From: Thermoanaerobaculia bacterium
GTDB taxonomy: Bacteria; Acidobacteriota; Thermoanaerobaculia; UBA5066
Reading direction: 5' to 3'
NCBI GenBank assembly: GCA_038245905.1
Contig: JBBRRY010000007.1
Coordinates: forward strand, 1 to 64,000
DNA: 64,000 bases
Of this stretch, positions 33,478 through 42,294 are shown one piece after another (positions within the stretch are counted from its first letter, which is position 1; every line of letters starts with the position of its first letter). A model generated the notes under the pieces. That model saw only the letters and a program-made list of their open reading frames with translations. It ran no database searches and was not told the origin of the DNA. Both the position numbers and the translations under genes were made by a program.

Positions 33478-34047
33478 ATGAACCGTCGTACATCACTCAT
33501 CGTCGCCGCCGGTGCTCTCGCGCTCGGATTCGTGGCCGCGCTCCCGCTCGCGGCGCGCGAGCTGGCCGGCGCCAACCTGCCGGACACGATGCCGGCCGGC
33601 GAGAAGGCGCTCAAGCTGAATGGTCTCGGCCTCCGCAAGAAGGCCATTTTCAAGGTCTACGTTGGAGGCCTCTATCTCGAGGCTTCGTCGAAGGATGCCG
33701 CGGCCATCGTCGCCGCCGATGCTCCGAAGGCCGTCCGCATGCATTTCCTGCGCGACCTCAAGAAGACGCAGCTCACCGACGGGTTCTCTGAGGGCTTCGA
33801 GGCGAACGCGAAAGAGAAAGCCGCGTCGCAGAAGGCTTCCATCGACAAGATGCTCGCCCTCGTTCCGGACGTGAAGGAAGGCGAGACGATGTCATTCGTT
33901 TACGTGCCCGGAAAGGGGACCACGCTTTACGCCGGTGACAAGGCGCTCGGAACGTTCGAGGGCAAGGATTTCGCCGACGCGGTTTTCTTGATCTGGTTGG
34001 GCCCGAAGCCGCCCTCCGAGGACCTGAAGAAGGGAATGTTGGGTTGA
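33478..34047 (+). CDS. Chalcone isomerase-like periplasmic protein
   Basis: TAGAAT and AGGAGG upstream; signal peptide; LKLNGLGLRKKAIFKVYVGGLYL and IWLGPKP..LKKGMLG. Confidence 0.88.
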   Translation: MNRRTSLIVAAGALALGFVAALPLAARELAGANLPDTMPAGEKALKLNGLGLRKKAIFKVYVGGLYLEASSKDAAAIVAADAPKAVRMHFLRDLKKTQLTDGFSEGFEANAKEKAASQKASIDKMLALVPDVKEGETMSFVYVPGKGTTLYAGDKALGTFEGKDFADAVFLIWLGPKPPSEDLKKGMLG

Positions 34048-36134
34048 CGAACGGCGCCCCTCTTCAGAGCCTCCTTTCCGAAAAACGCTTCGATCTCGTC
34101 GAATCCGCCTTTCAGGACGCGCTCTCGGACCCTGTCGGGAAGGCGGAGACGTTGCTTGCCGCCGTACGCGGTCTCGCGCGCGCGGGCCAGAAAGCCCGCG
34201 TCCAGTCCGTCGCCGCGGCCGCCGAGGCCGCGCTGAAGAAGAAGTCCTCCGACCCCGAAGTGGCGCGCCTGCGCTGGACGATTCTCAAGGAGGCGGTGCG
34301 CGCGGGCGCTACACCCTCCACGCCGGACGGATTCCACAAGCTGTTCGAGGAGGCCCTCGCGGCGGCGTGGCCGAATCGTCCGTCTCTCGTCGCCCTCCTC
34401 GGACGTTTCAGATTCCGGGAGGCGAAAGACCCGACGGACGGCCTCGCGCGCGCCGAGAAGGCCGAGAAGTGGCTTCCGTTCGAGGTCGGCCACGTGTTCT
34501 CGATGGCGGGACGCGGAGCCGGCAAGGTCGTCGAGACGAATTTCGCCCTCGATTCGGTCCGGGTGGACTTCGAAGCCGCGAAGGGCATCGCCATCCCGAT
34601 CGGTGTCGCGTCGAAGAGCCTCGTCGCGCTCGCCGAAGGCCACTTTCTGTTCGAGAAATTTACCGCTCCCGAGGCGCTGAAGGCCCGCGTGATCGACGAT
34701 CCCGGCGGCTCCATGAAGCAACTCATCGAGTCCTTCGGGCGCACGATGACGATGACCGAAGTGAAGGAGGCCGTGAAAGGCCTGATCTCCGAGGATGCGT
34801 GGACGTCGTGGTGGGCAGCCGCCCGGAAAAATCCGCAAGTCGTCGTTCATGGCAGCGGCAGGACCGCGACAGTCGAGTGGTCCGGCTCGGCGGATGCCGC
34901 GGACGCGACGCTGCTCGCGCGGTTCGAGAAGGCAACCCTGAAGGACCGTCTCGATCTGTTTCGCAAGAATCAGAAGCGTTCGATGACGCTTGCGACCGCG
35001 ATGGCGAAGGCGCTCGCGAAGGACGCGGAGGCGCTCGAGGACCGCGACCCCGCGCTGGCATTCGAGATCGCCGTCCTCGTCGAGAAATTCCCGGGCGTCG
35101 CGCTCGCGGGCGCCATCGAGAGGCACGTTCTCGCGCGCCCCCTTGCGCTTCTCTCGCGGCTCTCGGACCGCGTGACCCGTGAGCGTGCCCTGGAAGTCAT
35201 CGTGAAGGAGAAGCGAGCGGAGGCGCCGGCGATCCTCGCCGAGTGGTTCTTCAAGGAGGAAGACTCGCGCACGATCGAGGCGATCGACCGGAACCTCGCC
35301 GAGATCGACCCCGACACGCGCGAGCGCACGCTCGAGAAGCTCACGAAGTCGCCCCGCTCCGGCCCGCGCGCGTTCGTCTGGTTCGCCCAGCGCTCGGCCC
35401 AGGACGAGGCCTTTCGCGCCCGCCTCAATCCGCCGGTCCTGACGCGCCTCCTCGACGCCCTCACGTGGGACGAGCTCGGCGCGGCCCGCTCGAAAGTCCG
35501 GGAGATGTTCGACCGTACCGGACTCGTGGCGGGTTGGCTCGTGAAGCAGGCGACAGTCGAGGAGGCGCGCGTCTTTCTCGAGGCGCTCACGCGCCACCAG
35601 GAGCTCGAGCCCCACCGGCGCGACGGCCTCCTCGCCGCGGCCGAGATGCGGTTCCCGGATCTCCGGAAGACGGACGACGACACGTTCTTCGTCACCGCGG
35701 GAGCCATCGAGGGCAAGCGCAAGGAGCTGGAGAACATCCTGAAAGTGGAGATTCCCGAGAACACGAAGGGCATCGCGCTCGCGGCCGCCGAGGGTGACCT
35801 TTCGGAAAACTTCGAATACAAGGCGCGGCGCGACAAGCAGCAGCTCCTGTCCGCGCGCGCGGGAAAGATCCAGGCGGAGCTCGGGAAGGCGCGTGCCCTC
35901 GACCCCGCGACGGTCGACACGACCGAGGTGCGGCCGGGCGCGCGCGTCACGATCAAGGGGAAGGCGGGCGCGCGCACCGTCACGCTCCTCGGCCCCTGGG
36001 ACAGCAAGCCCGAGCAGGGGGTCTATTCGTACCTCTCGGACCTCGGCCGCGCCCTGCTCGGAAAGACGGTCGGAGAGAAGGCGGCGGTGCTGGGCGAGGA
36101 CGTCGAGATCGTCGAGATCGGCGTCTTCGCGTAG
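34044..36134 (+). CDS. Large GreA/GreB-domain transcription factor with long N-terminal extension
   Basis: C-terminal ~150 aa GreA domain (EIPENTKGIALAAAEGDLSENFEYKAR, LLGPWDS, SYLSDLGRALLGK) fused to ~540 aa of helical sequence. Confidence 0.85.
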   Translation: MTNGAPLQSLLSEKRFDLVESAFQDALSDPVGKAETLLAAVRGLARAGQKARVQSVAAAAEAALKKKSSDPEVARLRWTILKEAVRAGATPSTPDGFHKLFEEALAAAWPNRPSLVALLGRFRFREAKDPTDGLARAEKAEKWLPFEVGHVFSMAGRGAGKVVETNFALDSVRVDFEAAKGIAIPIGVASKSLVALAEGHFLFEKFTAPEALKARVIDDPGGSMKQLIESFGRTMTMTEVKEAVKGLISEDAWTSWWAAARKNPQVVVHGSGRTATVEWSGSADAADATLLARFEKATLKDRLDLFRKNQKRSMTLATAMAKALAKDAEALEDRDPALAFEIAVLVEKFPGVALAGAIERHVLARPLALLSRLSDRVTRERALEVIVKEKRAEAPAILAEWFFKEEDSRTIEAIDRNLAEIDPDTRERTLEKLTKSPRSGPRAFVWFAQRSAQDEAFRARLNPPVLTRLLDALTWDELGAARSKVREMFDRTGLVAGWLVKQATVEEARVFLEALTRHQELEPHRRDGLLAAAEMRFPDLRKTDDDTFFVTAGAIEGKRKELENILKVEIPENTKGIALAAAEGDLSENFEYKARRDKQQLLSARAGKIQAELGKARALDPATVDTTEVRPGARVTIKGKAGARTVTLLGPWDSKPEQGVYSYLSDLGRALLGKTVGEKAAVLGEDVEIVEIGVFA

Positions 36135-36200
36135 GAGAGGATCGGAAAGAATATTTTGCTTCGGATTCGGATAGGGATTTCTTAGAGAGGGGAATTTGGA

Positions 36201-38204
36201 ATGCCCATTGAGAACAGCTCGAACGGCGGGGGAGCGGCGATCCCCCGTGCCCTCTTTCCCTTTCTAAGCAAAATATTCCTTTTCCTCTTCCTCTTCATTT
36301 CCCTGTCTCTGCGCGGGGCCGACGACGTCGTCCTCCCGAACGAGAACCTCGTCGCGGACGGACTGCCCGCGATCCCGAAGTCGCTTGCCGAGAGAGTCGC
36401 GGGCTACACCGATTCGCGTGGCGCGATGTTCGAAGCGTGGCACCCCGTGCGCCGCGAGATGCTCATCGGCACGCGTTTCTCGGACGTCGCCGAAGTCCAC
36501 CGCGTGAAGGTTCCGGGCGGGGCGCGCACGCAGCTGACGTTCTATCCCGAGCGCACGGGCGGGGCGCGGTTCCGGCCGAACACGGGCGACGGGTTCGTCT
36601 TCAACAAGGATGTCGGCGGCGGCGAGTGGTACCAGCTCTTCTGGCGAGACGAGAAGACCGGCAAGGTCACGATGTTCACGGACGGAAAGTCCCGGAACAC
36701 GGGCGGCGACTTCTCGCACTCCGGCAAGTGGCTCGCGTACCAGTCCACGAAGCGGAACGGGAAAGACAACGATATCTACGTCGTGGACCCCGCGGACGCG
36801 AGGACCGAGCGGAAGGTCCTCGAGGTCTCGGGCGGCGGATGGGGCGTCTCCGACTGGTCGCCCGACGACAAGATTCTCCTCGTTGGCGAATACCTCTCCG
36901 TGAACGAGAGCCGCTACTGGCTGGTCGACGCGGCGACGGGCGCGAAGAGCCTCGCGACGCCGGAATCGAAGGAGAAGGTCGCCTGGGGCCGCGCCCTCTT
37001 CGCGAAGGACGGGAAGTCGGTCTACGCGACGACGGACTCCGGAGCCGAGTTCCACCGTCTCGTCTCGCTCGACCTCGCGACGAAGAAGATGACCGTCCTG
37101 ACGCCGGGCGTCGAGTGGGACGTGTCCTCGCTGAGTCTGTCCGAGGACGGGACCCGGCTCGCCTACGTCGTCAACGAAGGCGGCGCCGAGACCCTGCACG
37201 TCCTCGACACGGCCACGAAGAAGGAGATCGCGCTCCCGAAGGTCCCGCTCGGGACCATCGGCGCCGTGCGCTTCCACGAGAACGGGAAGGACCTGGCGTA
37301 CACGTTGTCCTCGGCGCAGTCGACCTCGGACGTCTACTCGATCGACGTGACGGCCGGGCCTACCGGAAAGATCGAACGCTGGACGGAAAGCGAGCTGGGC
37401 GGTCTCGACCCCGCGGCGCTCTCCCAGCCCGAGAAGATCTCGTGGAAGAGCTTCGACAGCCGCCCGATCACCGGATTCCTCTATCGCCCGCCTGCGTCCT
37501 TCAACGGCCCGCGCCCGGTGATCATCAACATCCACGGCGGACCCGAGGCTCAGTACCAGCCTGGATTCATCGGCCGAAACAACTTCTACGTGAACGAGCT
37601 CGGCGTCGCGATGATCTTCCCGAACGTGCGCGGCTCGTCGGGCTTCGGCAAGACGTTCGTCGCCCTCGACAACGCCGAGAAGCGCGAGGATTCGGTGAAG
37701 GACATCGGCGCCCTCCTCGACTGGATCGTCGCCCAGCCTTCGCTCGACAAGAGCCGCGTCATGGTGACGGGCGGGTCTTACGGCGGGTACATGACGCTCG
37801 CGTCGATGACGAATTACAACGACCGCTTCCGCTGCGCCGTCGACGTCGTGGGGATCTCGAACTGGGTCACGTTCCTCGAGCACACCGAGTCCTACCGGCG
37901 CGACCTGCGCCGCGCGGAATACGGCGACGAGCGCGACCCGAAGATGCGCGAGATCCTGCTGAAGATCTCGCCGCTCACGAACGCCGGGAAGATCACGAAG
38001 CCCATGTTGATCGTCCAGGGCCGCAACGATCCGCGCGTGCCCTACACCGAGGCCGAGCAGATGGTTGCCGCCATCAAGAAAAACGGCGGGCCCGTCTGGT
38101 ACCTCCTCGCGAAGGACGAAGGCCACGGGTTCAGCAAGAAGAAGAACCAGGACTTCCAGTTTCTCGCGACGCTGAAGTTCGTCGAGGACAACTTGCTCAA
38201 GTAG
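36201..38204 (+). CDS. S9 family prolyl oligopeptidase
   Basis: Signal peptide, beta-propeller repeats, IHGGPE, GGSYGG, GRNDPRVP and EGHGF catalytic motifs. Confidence 0.93.
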   Translation: MPIENSSNGGGAAIPRALFPFLSKIFLFLFLFISLSLRGADDVVLPNENLVADGLPAIPKSLAERVAGYTDSRGAMFEAWHPVRREMLIGTRFSDVAEVHRVKVPGGARTQLTFYPERTGGARFRPNTGDGFVFNKDVGGGEWYQLFWRDEKTGKVTMFTDGKSRNTGGDFSHSGKWLAYQSTKRNGKDNDIYVVDPADARTERKVLEVSGGGWGVSDWSPDDKILLVGEYLSVNESRYWLVDAATGAKSLATPESKEKVAWGRALFAKDGKSVYATTDSGAEFHRLVSLDLATKKMTVLTPGVEWDVSSLSLSEDGTRLAYVVNEGGAETLHVLDTATKKEIALPKVPLGTIGAVRFHENGKDLAYTLSSAQSTSDVYSIDVTAGPTGKIERWTESELGGLDPAALSQPEKISWKSFDSRPITGFLYRPPASFNGPRPVIINIHGGPEAQYQPGFIGRNNFYVNELGVAMIFPNVRGSSGFGKTFVALDNAEKREDSVKDIGALLDWIVAQPSLDKSRVMVTGGSYGGYMTLASMTNYNDRFRCAVDVVGISNWVTFLEHTESYRRDLRRAEYGDERDPKMREILLKISPLTNAGKITKPMLIVQGRNDPRVPYTEAEQMVAAIKKNGGPVWYLLAKDEGHGFSKKKNQDFQFLATLKFVEDNLLK

Positions 38205-38260
38205 AGGAGAGGATGTGTTCTTGGAGGGGAGGCACCCTTCCGGGAAACTCGAGACGCGAC

Positions 38261-39472
38261 TCAGCGGTTGATTTCGAGGAAGTTTATGACTTCGTCGAGT
38301 GGAATCGCGAAGCTCAGACCCTGGCTGTCCTTGATCTTCAGGGTGTTGATCCCGACGACGCGACCCTCCTGATCGAGGAGGGGGCCGCCGCTGTTGCCCG
38401 GGTTGATCGAGGCGTCGTGCTGGATCATCGAGATCTCTCCGAACTGGCGGGGCCGGTCCGAGCTCACGATGCCCCGCGTCAGGCTCATCTCGAGGAGCGG
38501 ACCCGCGGGCGACCCCAGCGCGAAGACCGGGTCGCCCATCCTCAGCCGGACATTCTTCACGAAGGAGACGAACGGGACCGGCGGATCGACGTATGCCTGC
38601 AGAAGGGCGAGGTCGTGCAGCTCGTCCGTGGCGACGATGCGCGCGTCGATGGGCTTCTTCGATCCGGTGAGGAGGATCTGCTGATAGTCGGTGTGCTTGA
38701 CGACGTGAAAGTTCGTGATGAGCCGGCCGGTACCCGTCACGAAGAAACCGGTTCCGCTCGCGAACCCCTTCTCGAACGACAGCCGGGCGATGACGGTGAC
38801 GACAGCTCTCTTCGCGGCCGTAAAGGGCTCGCTCAAGCCCGGGGTTGGCTGCGACGTTGGCTGCACCACCACCGCCGGCGGCACGGATTCTGGCGCGATC
38901 GACGCGACCGATCTTGGCTCGAGCGGGGGCGTGGGCTTCGCCGCGTTGGCGGGGGCCCGGCGGTCCATCCGGGCGATGAACCAGCCGCCGAATCCGGCGA
39001 GCGCGAGGCCGAGGATGCCCATGAGAAGGAAGAGGGCGAGACGCACGCCTGCGGGTGGCGCGCCCGGGTCCGAGGGAAAACGTCCCGATTGCCTTGGGGG
39101 TGTCGAAGGATCTACAGGCCGCCACGCCGCGAGATTCGCCGTCTTGTAGGAACCTGTCACGGGTGCGGCGCTCGTCACCGCGAAGTCGACTGGACCGATG
39201 GAAAACGTATCGCCTGCGTCGAGAGGTGCTCGAGACGCGAGGGTCTGGTTGACGAGAATCGAAGGCACGCCGAGAGCGACCAGCTCCCAGCGGCCTCCCA
39301 CGTCGGAGAGGATCTCGGCGTGGAGGAGTTGGACCCCTTCGTACGAGAGGCACACGTCGTTCTGCCGGGAGTCCGCACCGATCCGGATCGCACGCTCGAC
39401 GAGGACGCGGCGCGGTGTGCCGCTCTTGGGCTCGGTCCACGTCAGCGTCAGGGGAACCGCGGGGCGCGTCAC
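38261..39472 (-). CDS. FHA-like domain + TM + trypsin-like (S1C) serine protease
   Basis: TNFHV, DLALL and HDASINPGNSGGPL triad motifs; N-terminal FHA-like region; no PDZ domain. Confidence 0.85.
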   Translation of the reverse strand: MTRPAVPLTLTWTEPKSGTPRRVLVERAIRIGADSRQNDVCLSYEGVQLLHAEILSDVGGRWELVALGVPSILVNQTLASRAPLDAGDTFSIGPVDFAVTSAAPVTGSYKTANLAAWRPVDPSTPPRQSGRFPSDPGAPPAGVRLALFLLMGILGLALAGFGGWFIARMDRRAPANAAKPTPPLEPRSVASIAPESVPPAVVVQPTSQPTPGLSEPFTAAKRAVVTVIARLSFEKGFASGTGFFVTGTGRLITNFHVVKHTDYQQILLTGSKKPIDARIVATDELHDLALLQAYVDPPVPFVSFVKNVRLRMGDPVFALGSPAGPLLEMSLTRGIVSSDRPRQFGEISMIQHDASINPGNSGGPLLDQEGRVVGINTLKIKDSQGLSFAIPLDEVINFLEINR

Positions 39473-39475
39473 GAC

Positions 39476-40327
39476 TCAGCGCGGCCTGGCCGTCTGGGCC
39501 GTCGGAGCGGGGGGTGACGATCGAACGTTCGGGCCCGGCGCCGCATCGAACGGAAGCGTGCCGGAGGGCTTCTCGAGATCCTCCGCCCGTCCGGAGACGT
39601 CGGCGAGGAGCACGACGATCGAGTTGTCGCCACGTGACGAGTAGCTGCCCCGGGCGGCGAAGTCGCAGGAGAGGTAAAGGAAGATCTTCGCCTCCTCGCC
39701 GGGCATCAGGTTAGACGGATCCATCGTCTGGATCTGGCCATTGTGCTGTCCCGTGCGCAGGCTGCCGATAACGACATATGCCTTGAGGTCGCGCAACTTC
39801 ACACGCGAGATGTTCTTGACGACGCCATAGGTGACCGCCCGGCTCGCAGGGCACGTGCTCGTGTCGGCGAGGAAGGTCCCAAGCTCGAGGTATTCCGCCA
39901 CGGACTCCTTGCCGAAGAACTTGCGCCCTTCGAAATCGATCTCCTTGCCGCTCGCCGTCTTCAGCTTCCCGCTGCCTTCGTTCCGCTTCACGAGCCCTTC
40001 GGCGTCACGGATCTGCATCTTGTTCGCGATGCCCGACAGGACTTGCGGCGTGGCCGTCGGCGCGAGCATCGGCGTGGGAACGGCCGTCGGCGCGCCGTTG
40101 GCCTTCTCGGTCGCTTCCCAGTCGACATCCGAGGCGGCGTACATCGCGAGGACGCCGTTCGGACAAACGCGGAGCTTGACGTTCTTACCCCCGCGTCTGG
40201 GAAGGTCGAGCGTGCCGAGGCGCTCCCCGGCGCTCGTTACGAGAACGTAGGGGCACGCGCCGCTTCTTTGCCGCAGATCCTGGACCTGGAATAGAACGCC
40301 CGAGAGAATCAGCGCCGTCGCGATCAT
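39476..40327 (-). CDS. Hypothetical exported protein
   Basis: 283-aa ORF with hydrophobic N-terminus, VDWEATEKAN and a C-terminal Ig-like GVVKN segment; TATACT upstream. Confidence 0.6.
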   Translation of the reverse strand: MIATALILSGVLFQVQDLRQRSGACPYVLVTSAGERLGTLDLPRRGGKNVKLRVCPNGVLAMYAASDVDWEATEKANGAPTAVPTPMLAPTATPQVLSGIANKMQIRDAEGLVKRNEGSGKLKTASGKEIDFEGRKFFGKESVAEYLELGTFLADTSTCPASRAVTYGVVKNISRVKLRDLKAYVVIGSLRTGQHNGQIQTMDPSNLMPGEEAKIFLYLSCDFAARGSYSSRGDNSIVVLLADVSGRAEDLEKPSGTLPFDAAPGPNVRSSPPAPTAQTARPR

Positions 40328-40385
40328 TTTTTGCCTGTCTTCCGGTCAGTATAGACGCGTGCTCGTGTCCCGGCATACGAGCGCC

Positions 40386-41252
40386 CTATCCCCGGATGCG
40401 TCCGGGATGCGTGTAGACGTTGAAACGCTCGTCGCGCAGAAACCCGACGAGCGTGAGACCGGTCTCTTCGGCGAGATCCACCGCGAGGCTCGTCGGCGCC
40501 GACACGGCGGCCACGATGAGCACCCCGGCGAGCGCGGCCTTCTGGGCGATTTCGAAGCCGAGCCGGCCCGACACGAGAAGGACGGGCGGGCAGGGCCGGC
40601 GGTCTCGGAGGACGGCGCCGAGGACCTTGTCCGTCGCGTTGTGCCGTCCGACGTCCTCGCGCGCGAGAACGAGAGACCCGTCCGCCTCGAAGAGCCCGGC
40701 CGCGTGCAGGCCGCCGGTCGCGGAGAAAACCGATTGCCGCGCGTGCAACGCGCCGGGCAGCGTCGTGAGGAGGGCCGCGGAGACCACCACGTCGGGAGCG
40801 GAGCCGGGCCGCGGGGCGGACTTTCCCCGGCGCGCGGCCGCGGCCAGGGCAGCGACATCGTCGACCGACGTGCGGCCGCAGACGCCGCAGGCCGAGCCCA
40901 TGACGGTCGCCCGTCGCGCGCGCGGACGGTCCGCCCGGGGGGCGAGCGTGACGACGCGGACGTTCCGCGCGAGCTCCGGCCCGACGCGGGGATCCTCGGG
41001 CGGCCCGAGGGCGAGGATTTCGTCGAAGTTCTCGATGACGCCTTCGCCGAAGAGAAGCCCGACGACGAGGTCGTCGTCGTCGCCCGGAGTCCGCATCGTC
41101 ACGACGAACCGTTCCGGTTCGGCCCCGCCTTCCTTGAGCCGGATTTCGAGCGGCTCCTCCGCGACCAGCGAATCCTTCTCCCAGCGTGCCCCGCCGGCGT
41201 CGCGCCTCAGCACGAGCGTGGCCACCGAAGCGCCTTCGCGCGCGTCCGTCAC
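40386..41252 (-). CDS. fdhD: Formate dehydrogenase accessory sulfurtransferase FdhD
   Basis: EEPLEI, TMRTPG, SACGVCG, TGGLHAA, EDVGRHNA and SAPTSLA motifs. Confidence 0.95.
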   Translation of the reverse strand: MTDAREGASVATLVLRRDAGGARWEKDSLVAEEPLEIRLKEGGAEPERFVVTMRTPGDDDDLVVGLLFGEGVIENFDEILALGPPEDPRVGPELARNVRVVTLAPRADRPRARRATVMGSACGVCGRTSVDDVAALAAAARRGKSAPRPGSAPDVVVSAALLTTLPGALHARQSVFSATGGLHAAGLFEADGSLVLAREDVGRHNATDKVLGAVLRDRRPCPPVLLVSGRLGFEIAQKAALAGVLIVAAVSAPTSLAVDLAEETGLTLVGFLRDERFNVYTHPGRIRG

Positions 41253-41275
41253 ACGGCTAGCCTACACTCCGCGCC

Positions 41276-42217
41276 TTGACGCCCGGACACGTTCTCGTCC
41301 CGCTTCTCGCGGTGGCCGCCCTCCTGCCGTTCGCACCTCCCGCCGCGGCGCTCGTGACGGGCGTGGCCGTAGCGCTGAGTTTCGGAAATCCGTGGCTCCC
41401 CTGGACGCGGAAGCTCGCGCCCCTCCTTCTCGGCGCCTCCGTCATGGGACTCGGGGCGGCCGCCGACCTCGGCGTCGTGGCTCGCGTCGGACTCCGGGGA
41501 GTCGGCTACACGGCCGTGGGAATCTCGCTGACATTCCTCGCCGGATTTCTCCTCGCGCGCGCTTTCGGCGTCGAGGAGGACACGGCCCTTCTCGTGACGG
41601 CCGGCACCGCGATCTGCGGCGGCAGTGCGATTGCCGCGGTCGCCCCGGCCATCCGGGCGAAGTCGGAGTCGGTCTCCGTGGCGCTCGGGACGGTGTTCCT
41701 TCTCAACGCCGTGGCGCTCGTCGTCTTCCCGCCCCTCGGCCACCTCGCGGGACTAGACGAATCGCAGTTCGGTCTCTTCGCGGCGCTCGCGATTCACGAC
41801 ACGAGCTCGGTTGTCGGCGCGGCGACCGCTTACGGGCCGAAGGCCGTCGAGGTCGCTACGACGGTGAAGCTCGCCCGCGCCCTCTGGATCGTGCCGGTGG
41901 CGCTCGTCATCGGATGGGCGCGAGCGCGCCGTTCGGGGGAGCGCGGCGCCTCGGCCGCGAAACTGCCCTGGTTCCTCGCCGGGTTCGTGCTCATGGCCGC
42001 GATCGTGACGTGGTTTCCCATGCTTCGGCCCGCCGGCCTTGTCGTCGCCGACGGCGCGAAGCGCGTCCTCGTCGTCACGCTCTTCCTGATCGGCGCCTCC
42101 ATGACGCGCGACGCTCTCAAGCGCGTAGGGCTCAAGCCCATTGCCCTCGGCGTGGCGCTCTGGGTTCTCGCGGGCGGTGTCACGCTGGCGGCGTTGAAGG
42201 CCGGCTGGATCGACTGA
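41276..42217 (+). CDS. YeiH/putative sulfate exporter family membrane protein
   Basis: GTAICGGSAIAAV, AIHDTSSVVGA and TVKLARALW motifs. Confidence 0.9.
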   Translation: MTPGHVLVPLLAVAALLPFAPPAAALVTGVAVALSFGNPWLPWTRKLAPLLLGASVMGLGAAADLGVVARVGLRGVGYTAVGISLTFLAGFLLARAFGVEEDTALLVTAGTAICGGSAIAAVAPAIRAKSESVSVALGTVFLLNAVALVVFPPLGHLAGLDESQFGLFAALAIHDTSSVVGAATAYGPKAVEVATTVKLARALWIVPVALVIGWARARRSGERGASAAKLPWFLAGFVLMAAIVTWFPMLRPAGLVVADGAKRVLVVTLFLIGASMTRDALKRVGLKPIALGVALWVLAGGVTLAALKAGWID

Positions 42218-42294
42218 GGGTCAGATCCCTCCGCCGTCGACGAGAGAGTTCTCGTACACGGGTTCCTGGGCGGGCGCTTCGCTAGACTCCGGAC

